This document shows, one piece after another, positions 39,210-52,890 of a stretch of DNA of 64,000 nt. The position numbers were made by a program, and so were the translations under genes. The notes under the pieces were generated by a model, which had not been told where the DNA came from, ran no database searches, and saw nothing but the letters and a program-made list of their open reading frames with translations. Each line of letters starts with the position of its first letter. The stretch's first letter is position 1. The DNA comes from Octopus sinensis (Eukaryota): NCBI RefSeq assembly GCF_006345805.1, contig NC_043001.1:68696001-68760000 (forward strand), read 5' to 3'.

Positions 39210-39312
39210 GCAAGGAAAAATTATAAAAAGGCAGTATGCTAAATTTAAGGAAAATTTTAATGAAAATGGGTGTATGGAAAAATTAGAAAAATTAATAAAA
39301 TAGATATATATT

Positions 39313-39354
39313 AATTCAAACCGGTTTTCGTCACAATGTGACTTTTCAAGAATT
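39313..39354 (-). ncRNA. Minimal hammerhead, U3-A8 core variant
   Basis: aattc-TTGAAAA-gtcac att gtgac-GAAA-a ccgg t-TT-gaatt. Confidence 0.72.
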
Positions 39355-40135
39355 GTGAGGTGAAAAGAAAAAAATTGTTTATGTTTCAGGAGGGGGAAAA
39401 AAGAAAATTACATAGCTTTTTGCAAAAAAATAATAATAAACATATACAAAAATTAAAAAATAGGTCCACCGATACTTTGTAAAGTCTTTGTGTATCTCGA
39501 GTTTAATGATAGTTCTTGAAAACATTACCTTGGAGGATTGAGATCCATGTGATTACATCCATGTGCTGTTTAATTTAATTAAGGATGTCTGTTAAGTGAA
39601 TGTTAAAACAGGAAGTAGTTGTTCAGGCAGACAACTCTGTGGGTTTTAAGACCTTCAATTTGGGTTTATCAATTTTTTGTAATAAAGGGTGTTAATAAAC
39701 CTTAAATTATAACATTATCATTTTAGCTTCATTTGCTTTATCTTTTTTTATTTTTTTATATAATTGTTTGCTAACTTAACATTCAGATTTTAACACTTTA
39801 TTTATTTTGTTTTCTAATTATATAAGTTTACATAAACCAATTTATAATTACATTTCAGATTGTTATGTCATATATAATAAAAATAATAATAATAATAATA
39901 ATAATAACATAATAATAATGATAAATAAAGAATATAAGTTTTAGCTTGAAGTGATGACTGTATGGTATCCTTATATATTTGTATTAGTCCATCCATGAAG
40001 AATGAGGTAGAAAAAAGAAGTATGATCAACATCAACGAGGAGTTTGCATATTAAGATATCATACATATATACATATATATATATGTGTGTGTGTATGTAT
40101 GTATGTATGTATGCATGCATATATATATATATATA

Positions 40136-40169
<34 letters not shown>

Positions 40170-40334
40170 GTGTGTGTGTCTGTGCGTGTGTGTGTTAAAA
40201 TATATTTGTGGCATCTTTCAACTGTTAGACAAATTCCCTGCAGATACTAACCTAAAGTTTGCTTATGCCGAAACACAGCTTGGTACTAATATATTGTTAT
40301 TTTCCTGTTGTTTATATATATATAGCAGCAGCAT

Positions 40335-41580
40335 CTTCACCATCACCTTTGTTTAACGCTCGTTTTCCGTGCTGACATGGATTGGAGAGTTTGTTTGAGG
40401 ACTGGCAGTCAGGAGGCTCCACCAGGCTCTAATCGGATCTGGCAAGGTTTTTACTGCTGATTGCCCTTCCTAACGCTAACCACTCCGAGCATGTAGCGTG
40501 TACTTTTTATGTGCCACTGGTATAGGTGCAAGTAAGGTGGTACTAGCATCGGCCACGACAACGATTTCACTTAAGTCAACATGTTTTCTCAAGCACAGTA
40601 TATTTCCCGATGATTGAAGTGTACTCTTAAACAGGCCGGTTATGCGACCCTAGCATAGGCACGGCTGCGATCTCACTTGTCTTGCTGAGTCTTCTCAAGC
40701 ACAGCATATCTCCAAAGGTCTCAGTCACTTGTCATTGTCTCTGTGAGGTCTTCCTGGGTCTACCTCTTCCACATGTTTCCTCTACTGTTAGGGTATGGAA
40801 CTTCTTCACACAGCTTTTGTCATCCATACGTAACACCCTATCTGATGCTTCTTATGTCCAGGGCACTTACACTCTGTCATGTATGCACACTGATATCACA
40901 CATCCAGCGGAGCATATTAGCTTCATTTCTTTTAAGCCTACGCATGTCCTCAGCAATTATAGCCCATGTTTCACTGCCGTGTAGCATGGCTGTTCACACA
41001 CATGCGTCATACAGTCTACCTTTCACTCTGAGCAAGAGGTCCTTTGTTACCGGCAGAAGAAGGAACTTTATTCATAATCTAGCGGCTACGCTCTCAGAGT
41101 ATCCACCACAGCTACTGACTTGGTCACCTAGGTAACGGAAACTTCAGGTTTTTTTCCCTGGCATATGATGGAAGCTGTTTTCTGCACATTTTCAGTGATT
41201 ATTACCCCTGCGCATCTGCCACACACAAAACCTGTCTTCCCAGTTAAATTTCCTTTAATATTGGCAGCACCTCTTATGTGTCCAAAGCATACACTGGGTA
41301 CATCTTATGGAATCTCTACGTACGCCTTTCTACAGAATGAGGAGGTCCATCTACCTGAAGGGATTTGTGATTTGTCAGCCCTCCCATTTACTAAGACTTT
41401 CGTTTTTGCTAGAATGACTCTAAAGCCCTTTGATTCTAAACCTTGCTTCGCCACCTGAAACTTCTCTAGTTCTGGTCGTGACTCAGCTATTAGAATAAGG
41501 TTATCAGTATAGAGGAGCTCCCAGAGGCATCCTGTTTTGAATTCCACTGTTATTGCCTGGAGAATTCTTCTGTTATTGCC
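40335..41580 (-). mobile_element. Degenerate RTE-like LINE 3' fragment
   Basis: GCLWELLYTDNLILIAES (decayed YADD), AKTKVL; 3' UTR ending near 40335. Confidence 0.72.
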
Positions 41581-41588
41581 TCTCTTTA

Positions 41589-41650
<62 letters not shown>

Positions 41651-41892
41651 TTATATGCTGACATAAATGCTGCAGAGGTCGACTTTGCCTTTCATCCTAT
41701 TCTAAAATAAGTACCAGTTGAGCACTGGAATCGATATAATCGACTTATCCGCTCTTGCGAAATTGCTGTCCTAATGCCAAAATTTGAACCAATATTATTA
41801 TGTTGACGCTCAAAGAAAGAAAAAAATTATGAAGCAAAATGATGCAGTGAAAGCTGAAGCTTTAGAACTTAGTCCCTCGTTGTACATGAGGA

Positions 41893-41929
<37 letters not shown>

Positions 41930-43994
41930 AGAGAGAGAGAGAGAAGAAGAAGAAGAAGAAGAAGAAGGAGGAGGAGGAGGAGGAGAGGAAAGGAAACACG
42001 TAAAGTTGGTAAGGAAAGAGAGAAGAGAACTAGAAACAAAAAGAAAAACTCAAGTACATTACTTCTCACGTTCTGACTAACTACAAGTGTGATTGGTAAT
42101 TGTGCTTTTTAATAGCAAGTGTCTACCACGTATGAATGTGGGCGAGTATGGAGATGAATATGCGCGTGATGCTTATGGTGTGTAGGAGTATATAATGTGT
42201 ATGTGTATATATATTTACATGTGTATGTGTCCTTCAACGTGTATATGAATGTGTAGGATCTATGCACAGTATACGTATGTTGATCGTGGGAAAGCTTAAG
42301 TGTGTTTTCGTTTGCGTGTATTTGCGTGTGTCGAACAGTGCGTGGTAGTTGAGTGTGCATGAGAGGTTGCGTGTGCTGATGTGTGCCTATAGGTACTACA
42401 GGTAAGTAGTAGTCTGCTGGTAATTTGAAGACAGTTTCAGCCGAGAGGCTAAGTGCGTTTGTCTGTGTGTGTGTGTGTGCATTCATGTGTGCGTATATGT
42501 GTGTATGCGCATGTGTGTATATGCGAAGTATGAGTAATGCGTATGCGCATATGTAAGGGAGGTAGTGTTATATTCGTAGGATAGTCAGCATATTTGTGTT
42601 GTATGAATGTATATATGTGTACACGCGCATGTGACCCCTAATATTGGGGCAAATTTTTATATCGAACTTTTATTGGTTTATAATCATAGCCAAAATTAAG
42701 AATGCTCTGTACGCCACAAAGCTACTGGAGAGGGTTTTTTTGTTTTCATGTAATTTATCTAAAAGAATAGCGCTCAGGATCTCTAACCTCTATCCAAAGT
42801 ACACAAGCGGGCATTTATCTCTGGAACGGATGATAAAAATGGCTTCCATAAATTTCACGATAACTGCTAGACCTTAGTGTATGAGGAGGAAGACAAGCGT
42901 ACTGACCTGTCGTACATTACTCTGCTGTTGAAAGGAATGGAACCCGTGACCTTGAAGTTGTTTGTGGGTATCATATCAGCAAAAAACATGCACGCATTCA
43001 ACAGAAGTTAAAGAATAAATCAAATTATCAGAAAATGAATGATAACTGAAGTGATTAGGTGAAGAATTAAAGAGTAACGAAGAGTAGAGATTGAAAAGGA
43101 GTATAAGAGAGTATTCATGAAGACATGAAGAAAGAGAGTATTTATATAACGAAGGAAATAGAAAACACAAGTTTATTATTGGCTTAGAAAAATCTTCACC
43201 GAAATATCTTTTATAATATTTTTGCGGATAATAAACATGTAAGAAATTCCACGATGATTTGATTTCTAACTGAATTTTATGTTTTTCTGCAACATATATT
43301 TTTTAAAATTACAAATGTTATTACTTGGTTTCTGATTGTATTTGATGTATAGCTATTGGATTTCTCGAAATTTGTATTTTTCTCCCATGTTTTGGTGATT
43401 CCTGATAATGTGGAGAGTTGACAATAAGTTCTCTTAGATAATATTCAAACCAATCCAACAGAATCTAGTTAAAAATAAAATACAAGGCACAACTGATTTC
43501 GCTGTACTTCACTGATACTTCGAAGGAGAACTACATGATAAACGTACATCCGCAAACAAGGAGAGATATACACGTGCACAGAAGCGCGGGCGCGCACACA
43601 CACACACAGACACACAAATAAATACATGCACACAGTCAGACGAACACACACATACACACGCACACACACATGCTTGTGCTTGCGTATAAATATGTATGTG
43701 TATTCGCTCTGTAGTTATTGAGGTTATACTTTTTATAAATGAGATTAAGGCCTTATAAAAAAGGGATTAAATAAATATCGATTATGTATACACAAAAGCT
43801 TAAACACAAGCAATAACAGTCAAATAAATACATACTTAAATACATGCGTGCATGCAAACATGCACACATACAATCCTATTAAATGCAAACTTATATGCAT
43901 ACATTATACATATATGTGTGTGCATATATTTCTGTTTGTGTGTGGGTACATAATACATATAACGTATATAAATATGTTATATATATATATATAT

Positions 43995-44028
<34 letters not shown>

Positions 44029-44055
44029 TGATAAAAATGGTATATATATATATGC

Positions 44056-44440
44056 ACTGTGTGGTAAGTAGCTTGCTTACCAACCACATGATTCCGGGTT
44101 AGGTCCCACTGCGTGGCACCTTGCACAAATATCTTCTACTGTAGCTTCGAGCCGACCAAACCCTTGTGAGTGTATTTGGAAGGAGGAAACTGAAAGAAGC
44201 CCGTCGTATACGTATATATGTGTATGTGCATATGTTTGTGTGTCTGTGTTTGTCCCCCCACCATCACTTGACAACGGATGTTGGCGTCTTTACGTACTCG
44301 TAACATAGCGGTTCGACAAAAGTGATTGATAGAATAAGTGCTAGGTTTACAAAGAATAAGTCCTGGAGTCAATTTGCTCGACAAGAGGCGGTGCTCCTGC
44401 ATGGCCGCAGTCAAATGATAGAGACAAATAAAAGAATATA
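44056..44440 (+). mobile_element. tRNA-derived SINE (26422 family) with an uninterrupted target site ggtaagtagcttgcttacc
   Basis: ctgtgtggtaagtagcttgcttaccaaccacatg...catggccgcagtcaaatga. Confidence 0.88.
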
Positions 44441-44506
44441 TATAGAGAGATAGATAGACAGATAGATGAATATAGATACAAACATATATACAGAACCATA
44501 ATGAGA

Positions 44507-44595
<89 letters not shown>

Positions 44596-44635
44596 ATATG
44601 TAGGTACACGCACACACACACACATATATATATGC

Positions 44636-44675
<40 letters not shown>

Positions 44676-46243
44676 ATATATAATATATGTATGTATATAT
44701 ATATATGCATATCTGTATATGCAGGCCCATAGAGAGGATGACCGATATCAAGACATTAATTCTTATTAACATTGTTGCTTTGTGTATATCCTTCATTTTG
44801 TTTATTACTTTTTTTTGCATTCTTTAATAATATAACACATTCAGTTTTATACAAAAATCTGAAAACGTCTTGAGATGTTTATAGTCAAAAGCAGTTGCTT
44901 GCAGAATAGCTGATAACATTTATTTCCTTCCATGTTTGTATTGATTTACTTAAAATGAAAAAAGAAAAAAATTTCTATTATTTATTGAAAATATTGTACA
45001 AAATAGTTTTTTAAGATTTAGAAACGCAACGATAAAACTAGGAGAAAAGTAAAAAAACAAAAAAGAAAAAAAAAAAAGTAGCCATTAACAAAACATGATT
45101 GTGTTTCGGTTCTGTCCTGGTTTTCTATTTCCAGTCGGTTAGGAAATTGGGTTTGTGTTTCGTGTCACATTATAAGATGTAAGGCCAGAGATAAGGAGTA
45201 ATTTATAATCAAATATGACGTGCTTTGTTTCCTTAATTAAATGAGAGAAATAAAATGTAAATCGCGCCTACGCAGACAAACTCGTGTGGACAAATGAACA
45301 GACATAGATATACATACATCCAGGGACAAGTACAAAAATAAAGGAAAAGACATTTATGATTTGTGTCTGTATATACGGTGGTCCTTACAGAAATGTTTAT
45401 ACATGTAGACATATGTGTGTATACAAGTATGCAACTACGTATGCATGTATGCAGTATGCATGCATGCATTTATATATGTATGTATATATATGTATTTAAG
45501 CTTGCATGCTTGTATACCTATATATATTTTAGTGGAGACGTATGCATGACGATATCGCTCTATAAAATAGCAATCTAAAAAAGATACGGATGTGTATGTG
45601 TATATGTGTGTATGTATGCATATATGTGTGTGTATAGGTATGTAATTATATAAGTCTATGAATGTACATATACATATACACATGCATTTATATGTATACG
45701 TGGCTGTGTGCTAAGAAGCTTGATTTCCAACCCCATGGTTCCATGTTCCGTTCCACTGCGGGGTACCTTGGCCAACTATAGCCTACGGCCGCCCAAAACC
45801 TTACGAGTTGATTTAGTAGACGGAAACTATACACACACATATGTCGAAAGACGCCTGTTTGTGACGTCCTGTTTTTGTTATTATTATTATCATTATTGTT
45901 TTTACGTATTATTATTATTGTTTTTACGTATTTTTGTATTCATATTCGTATAACATCGTCCGTTTTCCGTCTTTGTTTTGTATACATTCGAGGCTTTCTT
46001 TCCAGGAATCTAATGCGCTTAGCTTAGATTTTCCTTGGGGATGGCCAAATCGGAGCAATCTCAAGATTAATCAGCCGAAATTGCGAGGATGATCCGGTTC
46101 TTGACTGAAGATTGAAGGCTTCGAATGTCCCGTCCATGTTTTTTGTATCGTCTTCTAAATGTTTTGTGTTTTTGTCCCAGTTTGTATTTTTTTACATTAT
46201 ATATATATATATATAGCGACGTACGTACTCTTTGTCTTATATG

Positions 46244-46314
<71 letters not shown>

Positions 46315-46856
46315 TTATATACATATATATATATACATACATGTCTAAATATATATATGTATATATATATATATATATATGTATGTATATATGAGAAGTA
46401 CACGTAAGCCTATGCTATCGTAATGCAACAGTATTAAAAAAAGCCTTAGAGTGCCTTTAGAAATTAGAAGAGGTACACCAAGGGAAGATAAAAGAGGCTA
46501 AATCGGCTTAGCAGAAACGGACTTCATATAAGCAAACACGCCATATGGATATATGTTTGTGCGTGTGCATATGTGTGCATGAATGTATGCGTTTGTACTT
46601 AGGTTTGTTAAGTGCAATAGAGCAAATCCCCTTCCTTTGGCCTTGTTTTGTTAGACAAATTTAACCGGCGAAACTATATATATGTATATGAATTTGTGTT
46701 GCAAGTGCCCTGATGTGAAACCGCGTGTTGACAAATATTGTTATAGTTTGAGACGGTCATTTGTGTGTGTGTGTGCGGCAATTAAACACACACACACACT
46801 ACATATTTGTTCTTCATTCGTTTATTATTATTCTTATTTTACCTTATATCCATTGG

Positions 46857-46896
46857 CCGGAAATCTTTCGCCACACATCTGTGACCTCTTCAGTGA
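46857..46896 (-). ncRNA. Minimal hammerhead motif inside a diverged fold-back (46780-46922 / 46946-47075)
   Basis: tca-CTGAAGA-g gtcaca gatg tgtggc-GAAA gatt TC-cgg. Confidence 0.55.
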
Positions 46897-47136
46897 ACAT
46901 TTCCGTCCACGCGTATCATCCTGCTCCGCTTAGTCCATTCTTAGGAGGATACACACGAACGAAAAAGGTCGCTGAATAGGTCACAGTTGAGAAGATTTCC
47001 GCATGATGGACACAAAATAAGATAAGAACAGTAATAAACAAGAGAAGAACGAATATATTGTGCGTGTGTCAATTTGATCAAAAGAAAGAAAAAGAATGAC
47101 CATCCGGAAATACATGTATATATATATGTGTGTGTA

Positions 47137-47184
<48 letters not shown>

Positions 47185-47234
47185 TGTATGAGTGTGTGTA
47201 TACATGCATACATATATACATGCTTATCTACATA

Positions 47235-47738
47235 TCTATATATATAAAACTCTATTTGTGTGAGTGTCTGTCCCCTTCGATTTACATTCCTAACTCCTCC
47301 CACATTTTGCGGTGCAGTTTAACCAAATTCGGGTATCTTATAGTCGTGATTAATATCGAGCCCGTCTGACTATTAGCGCGCATCAACGATGAGTCTACGA
47401 TTTTAAAAATAATTTAACATCATTTTTATTCCATTTTAATGCATAAATGCATCGTGTGTCGATGGCGGTGGAGTTGGCGTCCACGCTCACAGCTGCACCT
47501 GGTTGCTTCCCCCCTTCCCTCCCTCGTGAAGCTGTGGGGAAGGGAGTGTAAAGAAATCAACGTCCGTAATGCGTTGTGAAGGAAACCAGCGTTCTTTTAG
47601 AACAAACGACTTCATGGCTTGAAGACACCAAAACAAAAATGGCTAAGAAAGCCCGATTTATAAGGGAAGTAACTCTCTAAAAATGCTTATATAGTTATTT
47701 CCCTTACAAACCCGAGCAACGCCGGGCGATACTGCTAG
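47235..47738 (+). mobile_element. Non-autonomous Helitron
   Basis: A|TCtatatatataaaa 5' end; 3' hairpin cccgagcaacgccggg followed by CTAG|T. Confidence 0.8.
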
Positions 47739-47958
47739 TATGTATATAAAATAATTAGGGTAGAAATTGATTTACGATACCAATGTTCTCTAACCGGTTA
47801 ATTAGATGCGGTAATTTATTATCTGCAGAGTTATTGACAGTCTTAGCGCGCCAAAATGAAGACGTTTGAAAATATAATTTGCAGACTTGTATGTGCGTTT
47901 TCTTTCGGGTGAACGGTTCTGTGTATAGTTATGTGAAATATGTTTGCAACGCAACAGT

Positions 47959-48029
47959 CTACGCTGAAGAGTTGCAGATATTTGCATTTTGCATTATGCA
48001 AGTGTTAGCAATGAAATCATGATACGTAG
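47959..48029 (+). ncRNA. Type I hammerhead ribozyme, long stem II
   Basis: ctacg-CTGAAGA-gttgc agatatttgcat..atgcaagtgtt agcaat-GAAA-t catg a-TA-cgtag. Confidence 0.85.
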
Positions 48030-48215
48030 GTAATCATTTTATTTTGTATATTTTCATTTGCCTGCTAATTTTTGCATTCTAGCAGTTTTATGGAGATTTT
48101 TCTTGAGAACACACTCGTCGTGGTAAGGCGTTCTGACGTCTATCTTTAGAATATTAGGAATCCACTTTGGTGGTCATTCCTCTTACTAATATCTATATCT
48201 ATCTATATCTATGTA

Positions 48216-48306
<91 letters not shown>

Positions 48307-49570
48307 AGAAATGGTGCTCCAGCAAGGCTGCAGTCAAATGACTGAAATACAAAAAGTATACATATATATGGTATATGTGTGTGTGTGTGTTGCATATATG
48401 TATGTGTGTGTGTGTATGAGAGAGAAAGAGAGAGAGAGAGAGAGAAGAAGAGAGAAGGGGATAAGAGAGAAATTATTGGTAGATAAATCGACAAATGCAT
48501 AAATAGGTGAGCGGACAGTTACATTGAGTTGGTAGAAATAGGTGCACAGCTAAGATCATCGGAGTGTAAAATTCTCTTTAATGTTACAGCTTGAATCAAT
48601 CGTTTAGTTACAAAAGAAGTAAAGCAAGACATGCAAGAACACGCTATGGAAATCCACATTGTTGTTCGTGCGCGAGAATTTCGTTCACACCGCTGCATGC
48701 ACAAATTATATTCTCATAAACACATGAACGGTCTACATTCTCACTAAGGTTAAGTGGATAATATTTAGCTTTTACATGTTACAGTAATTAGACTGCGGTC
48801 AGGCTGGAGCATCTCTTTCAACGATTTAGTAGAATAAATCCATCTCAGTAAGTTTGTATCCTTGAAGCCAGGTAGTTGCTCTATCGATGGCTTAATGCTG
48901 AACTTCTATGTTTTCGGGTTCTTAAACCATCACAGGAATTGCGGGGTTTCAAACAAAAACACAAAGAACAGTCGGGGTACAAACATAAAGATACAATTAT
49001 GTATACACACACACACATATATATATACACAGGCGCACACATTAAGAGATGGAAGGTAGCGTTTCGGGTATTCGTTATGGATGATTTCTTATATATATAT
49101 ATATATATATAGGAAGAAATATTTATTTTTTCAACGCGTAAGTACTGATAGAACAGCAAATGTAGGATATAGTCCTTACAGAGCAGAAAAATCTGTCAGC
49201 AACCAGCCATGAGACTCGAACTAACATCACTTCAATTTCCAGTCAAAGTGCTTTACTATGTAAGCTAAACTGCTTTACTGACAAATTCTTCTGCAATTTA
49301 GAAATTATAAACTCATATAAAAAAGTTAGATGGAATAGAAAATACGTCATATGTAAACAAACATAGGTTTGGTTTTGAAGCGCTGATATGTATTGTGGTA
49401 CATGTAGAAAGATATATTTTTTCAACTCGTAAGTACTGTTAGGACAGCATATATAGGTTAAAATCCTTACAGAGTAGAAAAATCTATCTGCAACCAGCAA
49501 TGAGACTCAAACTTCAATACATTTCAGCGCTTCAAAAAATAAACTTATGTTTGTTTACATATGGAGGTAA

Positions 49571-49610
<40 letters not shown>

Positions 49611-49615
49611 ATATA

Positions 49616-49647
<32 letters not shown>

Positions 49648-49982
49648 AATGGCGGTGCCCCAGTATGGCCACAGCTTGTGAGCTGAAACTAGATAAAATA
49701 AAAATAAAAATATATATACGTATGTATATATAAGATAGTTGAAAAAAGATGTTAGTTAAAAAAAATATCTGTCGCTGAATTTGGATGTCTTGCAAATCAT
49801 CCGCTTCCCAAAATCAAAGGAAACAAAACTCCAAATTTTTTCAGCTAACTCACATTTATATCAAAGTTATAAATTGAATATCATTGAACCTGGAACACAG
49901 TGGCTGGGAAGCAAACATCTTACCATAAAATCGCATATAACTACTCTTAGAAAAAAAACCCCTATATATATATATATATGTA

Positions 49983-50029
<47 letters not shown>

Positions 50030-50046
50030 TGTGTGTGTGTTTGTGT

Positions 50047-50324
50047 GGAGGCGCAATGGCCCAGTGGTTAGGGTAGCGGTTTCGATTCCCAGACCGGGCG
50101 TTGTGAGTGTTTATTGAGCGAAAACACCTAAAGCTCCACGAGGCTCCGGAAGCGGGGTGGCGATCCCTGCTGTCCATTTTCGCCATAACTTTCTTTCAGT
50201 CTTTCTTCTGTTGGCCTGCTCGCTTAGCCAGCGGGGTGGCGCCATTTGAAGGCTAAAAAACAAGCGCATTGTGACCAGCGATGTGTAGCAACATCTGATA
50301 GCCTGGTCAGTCACGGTGATCATG

Positions 50325-50325
<1 letters not shown>
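50047..50325 (+). mobile_element. tRNA-derived SINE (third family)
   Basis: ggaggcgcaatggcccagtggttagg..ggtttcgattccc head; tail ending in (ggtgat)n. Confidence 0.75.
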
Positions 50326-50362
<37 letters not shown>

Positions 50363-50462
50363 GACATACTCTTACATGCACTCATTCATTCATTCATTCA
50401 TATATACATACGTACGTACGTGCATACATACATATACATACATATATGCATACATTCATATG

Positions 50463-50582
50463 TACATACGTACGTACATGGATAAATACATATATACATA
50501 CATGTATACATACACGGGAGGGATAATGGAACACGTTCTGTGCTCTTGCAATGTATCACACATGGAGGCACAGTCAAGTATG

Positions 50583-50634
<52 letters not shown>

Positions 50635-50750
50635 CTTGACTGTGCCTCCATGTGTGATACATTGCAAGAGCACAGAACGTGTTCCATTATCCCTCCCTTG
50701 TATGTATACATGTATGTATATATGTATTTATCCATGTACGTACGTATGTA
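50463..50750. repeat. Near-perfect palindrome centred on a (TA)n tract
   Basis: gggagggataatggaacacg..cagtcaagtatg is mirrored by catacttgactg..ccattatccctccc. Confidence 0.9.
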
Positions 50751-50808
50751 TATATATATATGTATATATATATACGTATGTATATATATATACGTATGTA
50801 TATATATA

Positions 50809-50844
<36 letters not shown>

Positions 50845-50871
50845 GAATAATTACATACGAAGGATAATTTT

Positions 50872-52790
50872 TAGCTCATAGCTGTTTCTTATGTAACTTT
50901 TAATAGAAGGAAAAAATAACGCATTATAAAAGACCGTAATCATCAGATGAGAAGTAATTTTAGAAAATAAAAGAATATCCAGGAATATGTCTGTCGAGGC
51001 CAGCTATGAATTGGAAAAATAATCAGCTATGTTGGCAGTTTAGTTTAAGAATGTAGAGTGTTTAAGAATTAAGAGTGTAATTTCATATCCATAAACCTCA
51101 AGGAACGCTTATACAACCACTTTTCATCTTTTAAATTAAGACAGGGCTGGCAGAACATCTCTAGCTACAAAGATTTGAGAGCTCAAGTATGTGAAATTTG
51201 ATTCAAGCTGGTACATCAATAGGGTCGCTAAACCGTACTTAAATAGTAGATGCAGATGCAGACTTAGCTGTATGGAGCTATTTGAAATTTTAAGGAGATC
51301 TAATAGTGAAAATCTACAAAATAATGAACTAGCCCTTCGTTTTTCCTGTATACATAAGGCTTCCCGCACGTCTAAATACTTTAATGACATTAAACAACCT
51401 CTATAATAGCCCCCAATCTAGGTCCAGTCCAATTTTCTCCTTCTTTCGCTGATCCTTAGCCTGTCGATCTACCCATGCGTTTCTGAACCCTCCTAATCTC
51501 ATTTTCCCTTTACCAATATCTCCTCCATTCTTGCTATATTTAATCAGTATGCTATATTGAAGGAACTAACTATTCTATCTGTGATGTAGCCGGTATTATA
51601 CAATAGCGATGAACGTGATAAATGACGTGTTAGCCGCGTGCACACTTTAGACGGTTCGTTTCCATTTCTACTACTTGAGTGGTCCTTACACTAACATACA
51701 TTTTTCAGCAGCGCTTGCTATATAGTAGATAGAACAAGCTATTGAAACCTCGTTCCCACGACTATTATCTTGAGTTGCTTCCCTTCATTCACACTAAGTT
51801 GATAATACCATATCCAATCTCGATATCATAGACACCAGTTTAACATACCGTAGTTATTCATTAGATTATTCTCTATCGCTGGCCTTCCTGATTTCGATCT
51901 GCTATTTCCTATATCCCCCATACTAGGTGTATTTCATTATATAAAACCATCCTGTATTAATTTTTAAATTTTTAATTTTAAAATTTTAATCTTTCAACTC
52001 CTTATTGATAGGTAGCACTCTACTTTGCTATAACTTTAATTCAATAAGTTTGATCTTATTATTTAATGGCCTCCGTACTATTCCATCCCCCACTTTCAAC
52101 CAATATACACCGAGTGCTCCTAAGTTTCTGTTTCTCTATCCCCCTGCTCTGGTCATTTATCATTAACAAGAGGCTCCCATACCCCAACCGTTTACTTGAT
52201 CGGCTCGTATGCCTTTATTTCTATTTCTATTATATTTTTCTTTTTCTTTCACCCTTACGTTTGATCTATTTATCTTCTCTTTTTCCTTTATCCTTTACTA
52301 TGTTATGACCCCTCCTTCCTTACCACAAACCATAACTTACCATAATAAATTTTATCCTACAACCCAGTCCAGTCTACCCATGATCTAGTTTAGCAGACTC
52401 CTGCTCGCACGAATCACTAAACATAAATATCAAATTACACACTTTAAAAAACCACATTCTTAACCTAAACTGCCAACATAGTTGCTCATTCTTCCTTTCA
52501 TAGCTGGCCTCGACAGACATATCCTTGATGTATTCCTGGATATTCTTTTATTTTCTAAAATTATTTCTCATGTGATGATACGGTCTTTTATAATGCTGTA
52601 ATGTTCTCATTCTTCTATTAAAAGTTACGTAAGAAAGAGTTGCAATGAGCTGACAATTGAGAGTCAAAGACTATTGAAAAGGTTGCAAGACTCAACGAAA
52701 ATTTTAGGAAAATATAAATAAGAAATAAGTGGAAATTTTACCGGTGAGTGTGTTAAATTATAAAGCACAAAAAGAAAATGACTCCCCGAG
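50872..52790 (+). mobile_element. Older 5'-truncated PLE with inverted pLTR (50872-51083 / 52432-52652), EN tail 51084-51400
   Basis: LKERLYNHFSSF..SWYINRVAKPY..CRLSCMELFEI..NNEL..CIHK. Confidence 0.82.
52671..52707 (+). ncRNA. Minimal hammerhead, U3-A8 core variant
   Basis: cta-TTGAAAA-g gttg caagact caac-GAAAATTT-tag, in the expected position at the PLE 3' end. Confidence 0.6.
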
Positions 52791-52815
52791 ACACAATAGT
52801 ATACATACATACACA

Positions 52816-52882
<67 letters not shown>

Positions 52883-52890
52883 TATACATA

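Noticed and set aside
46095-46140. ctgaaga..gaat gtc motif in a dispersed repeat
   Set aside because: Lacks GAAA and a convincing stem I.
49200-49267. tRNA gene (also the SINE heads at 21143 and 50047)
   Set aside because: A/B boxes are present but the cloverleaf is broken; these are repeat-derived.
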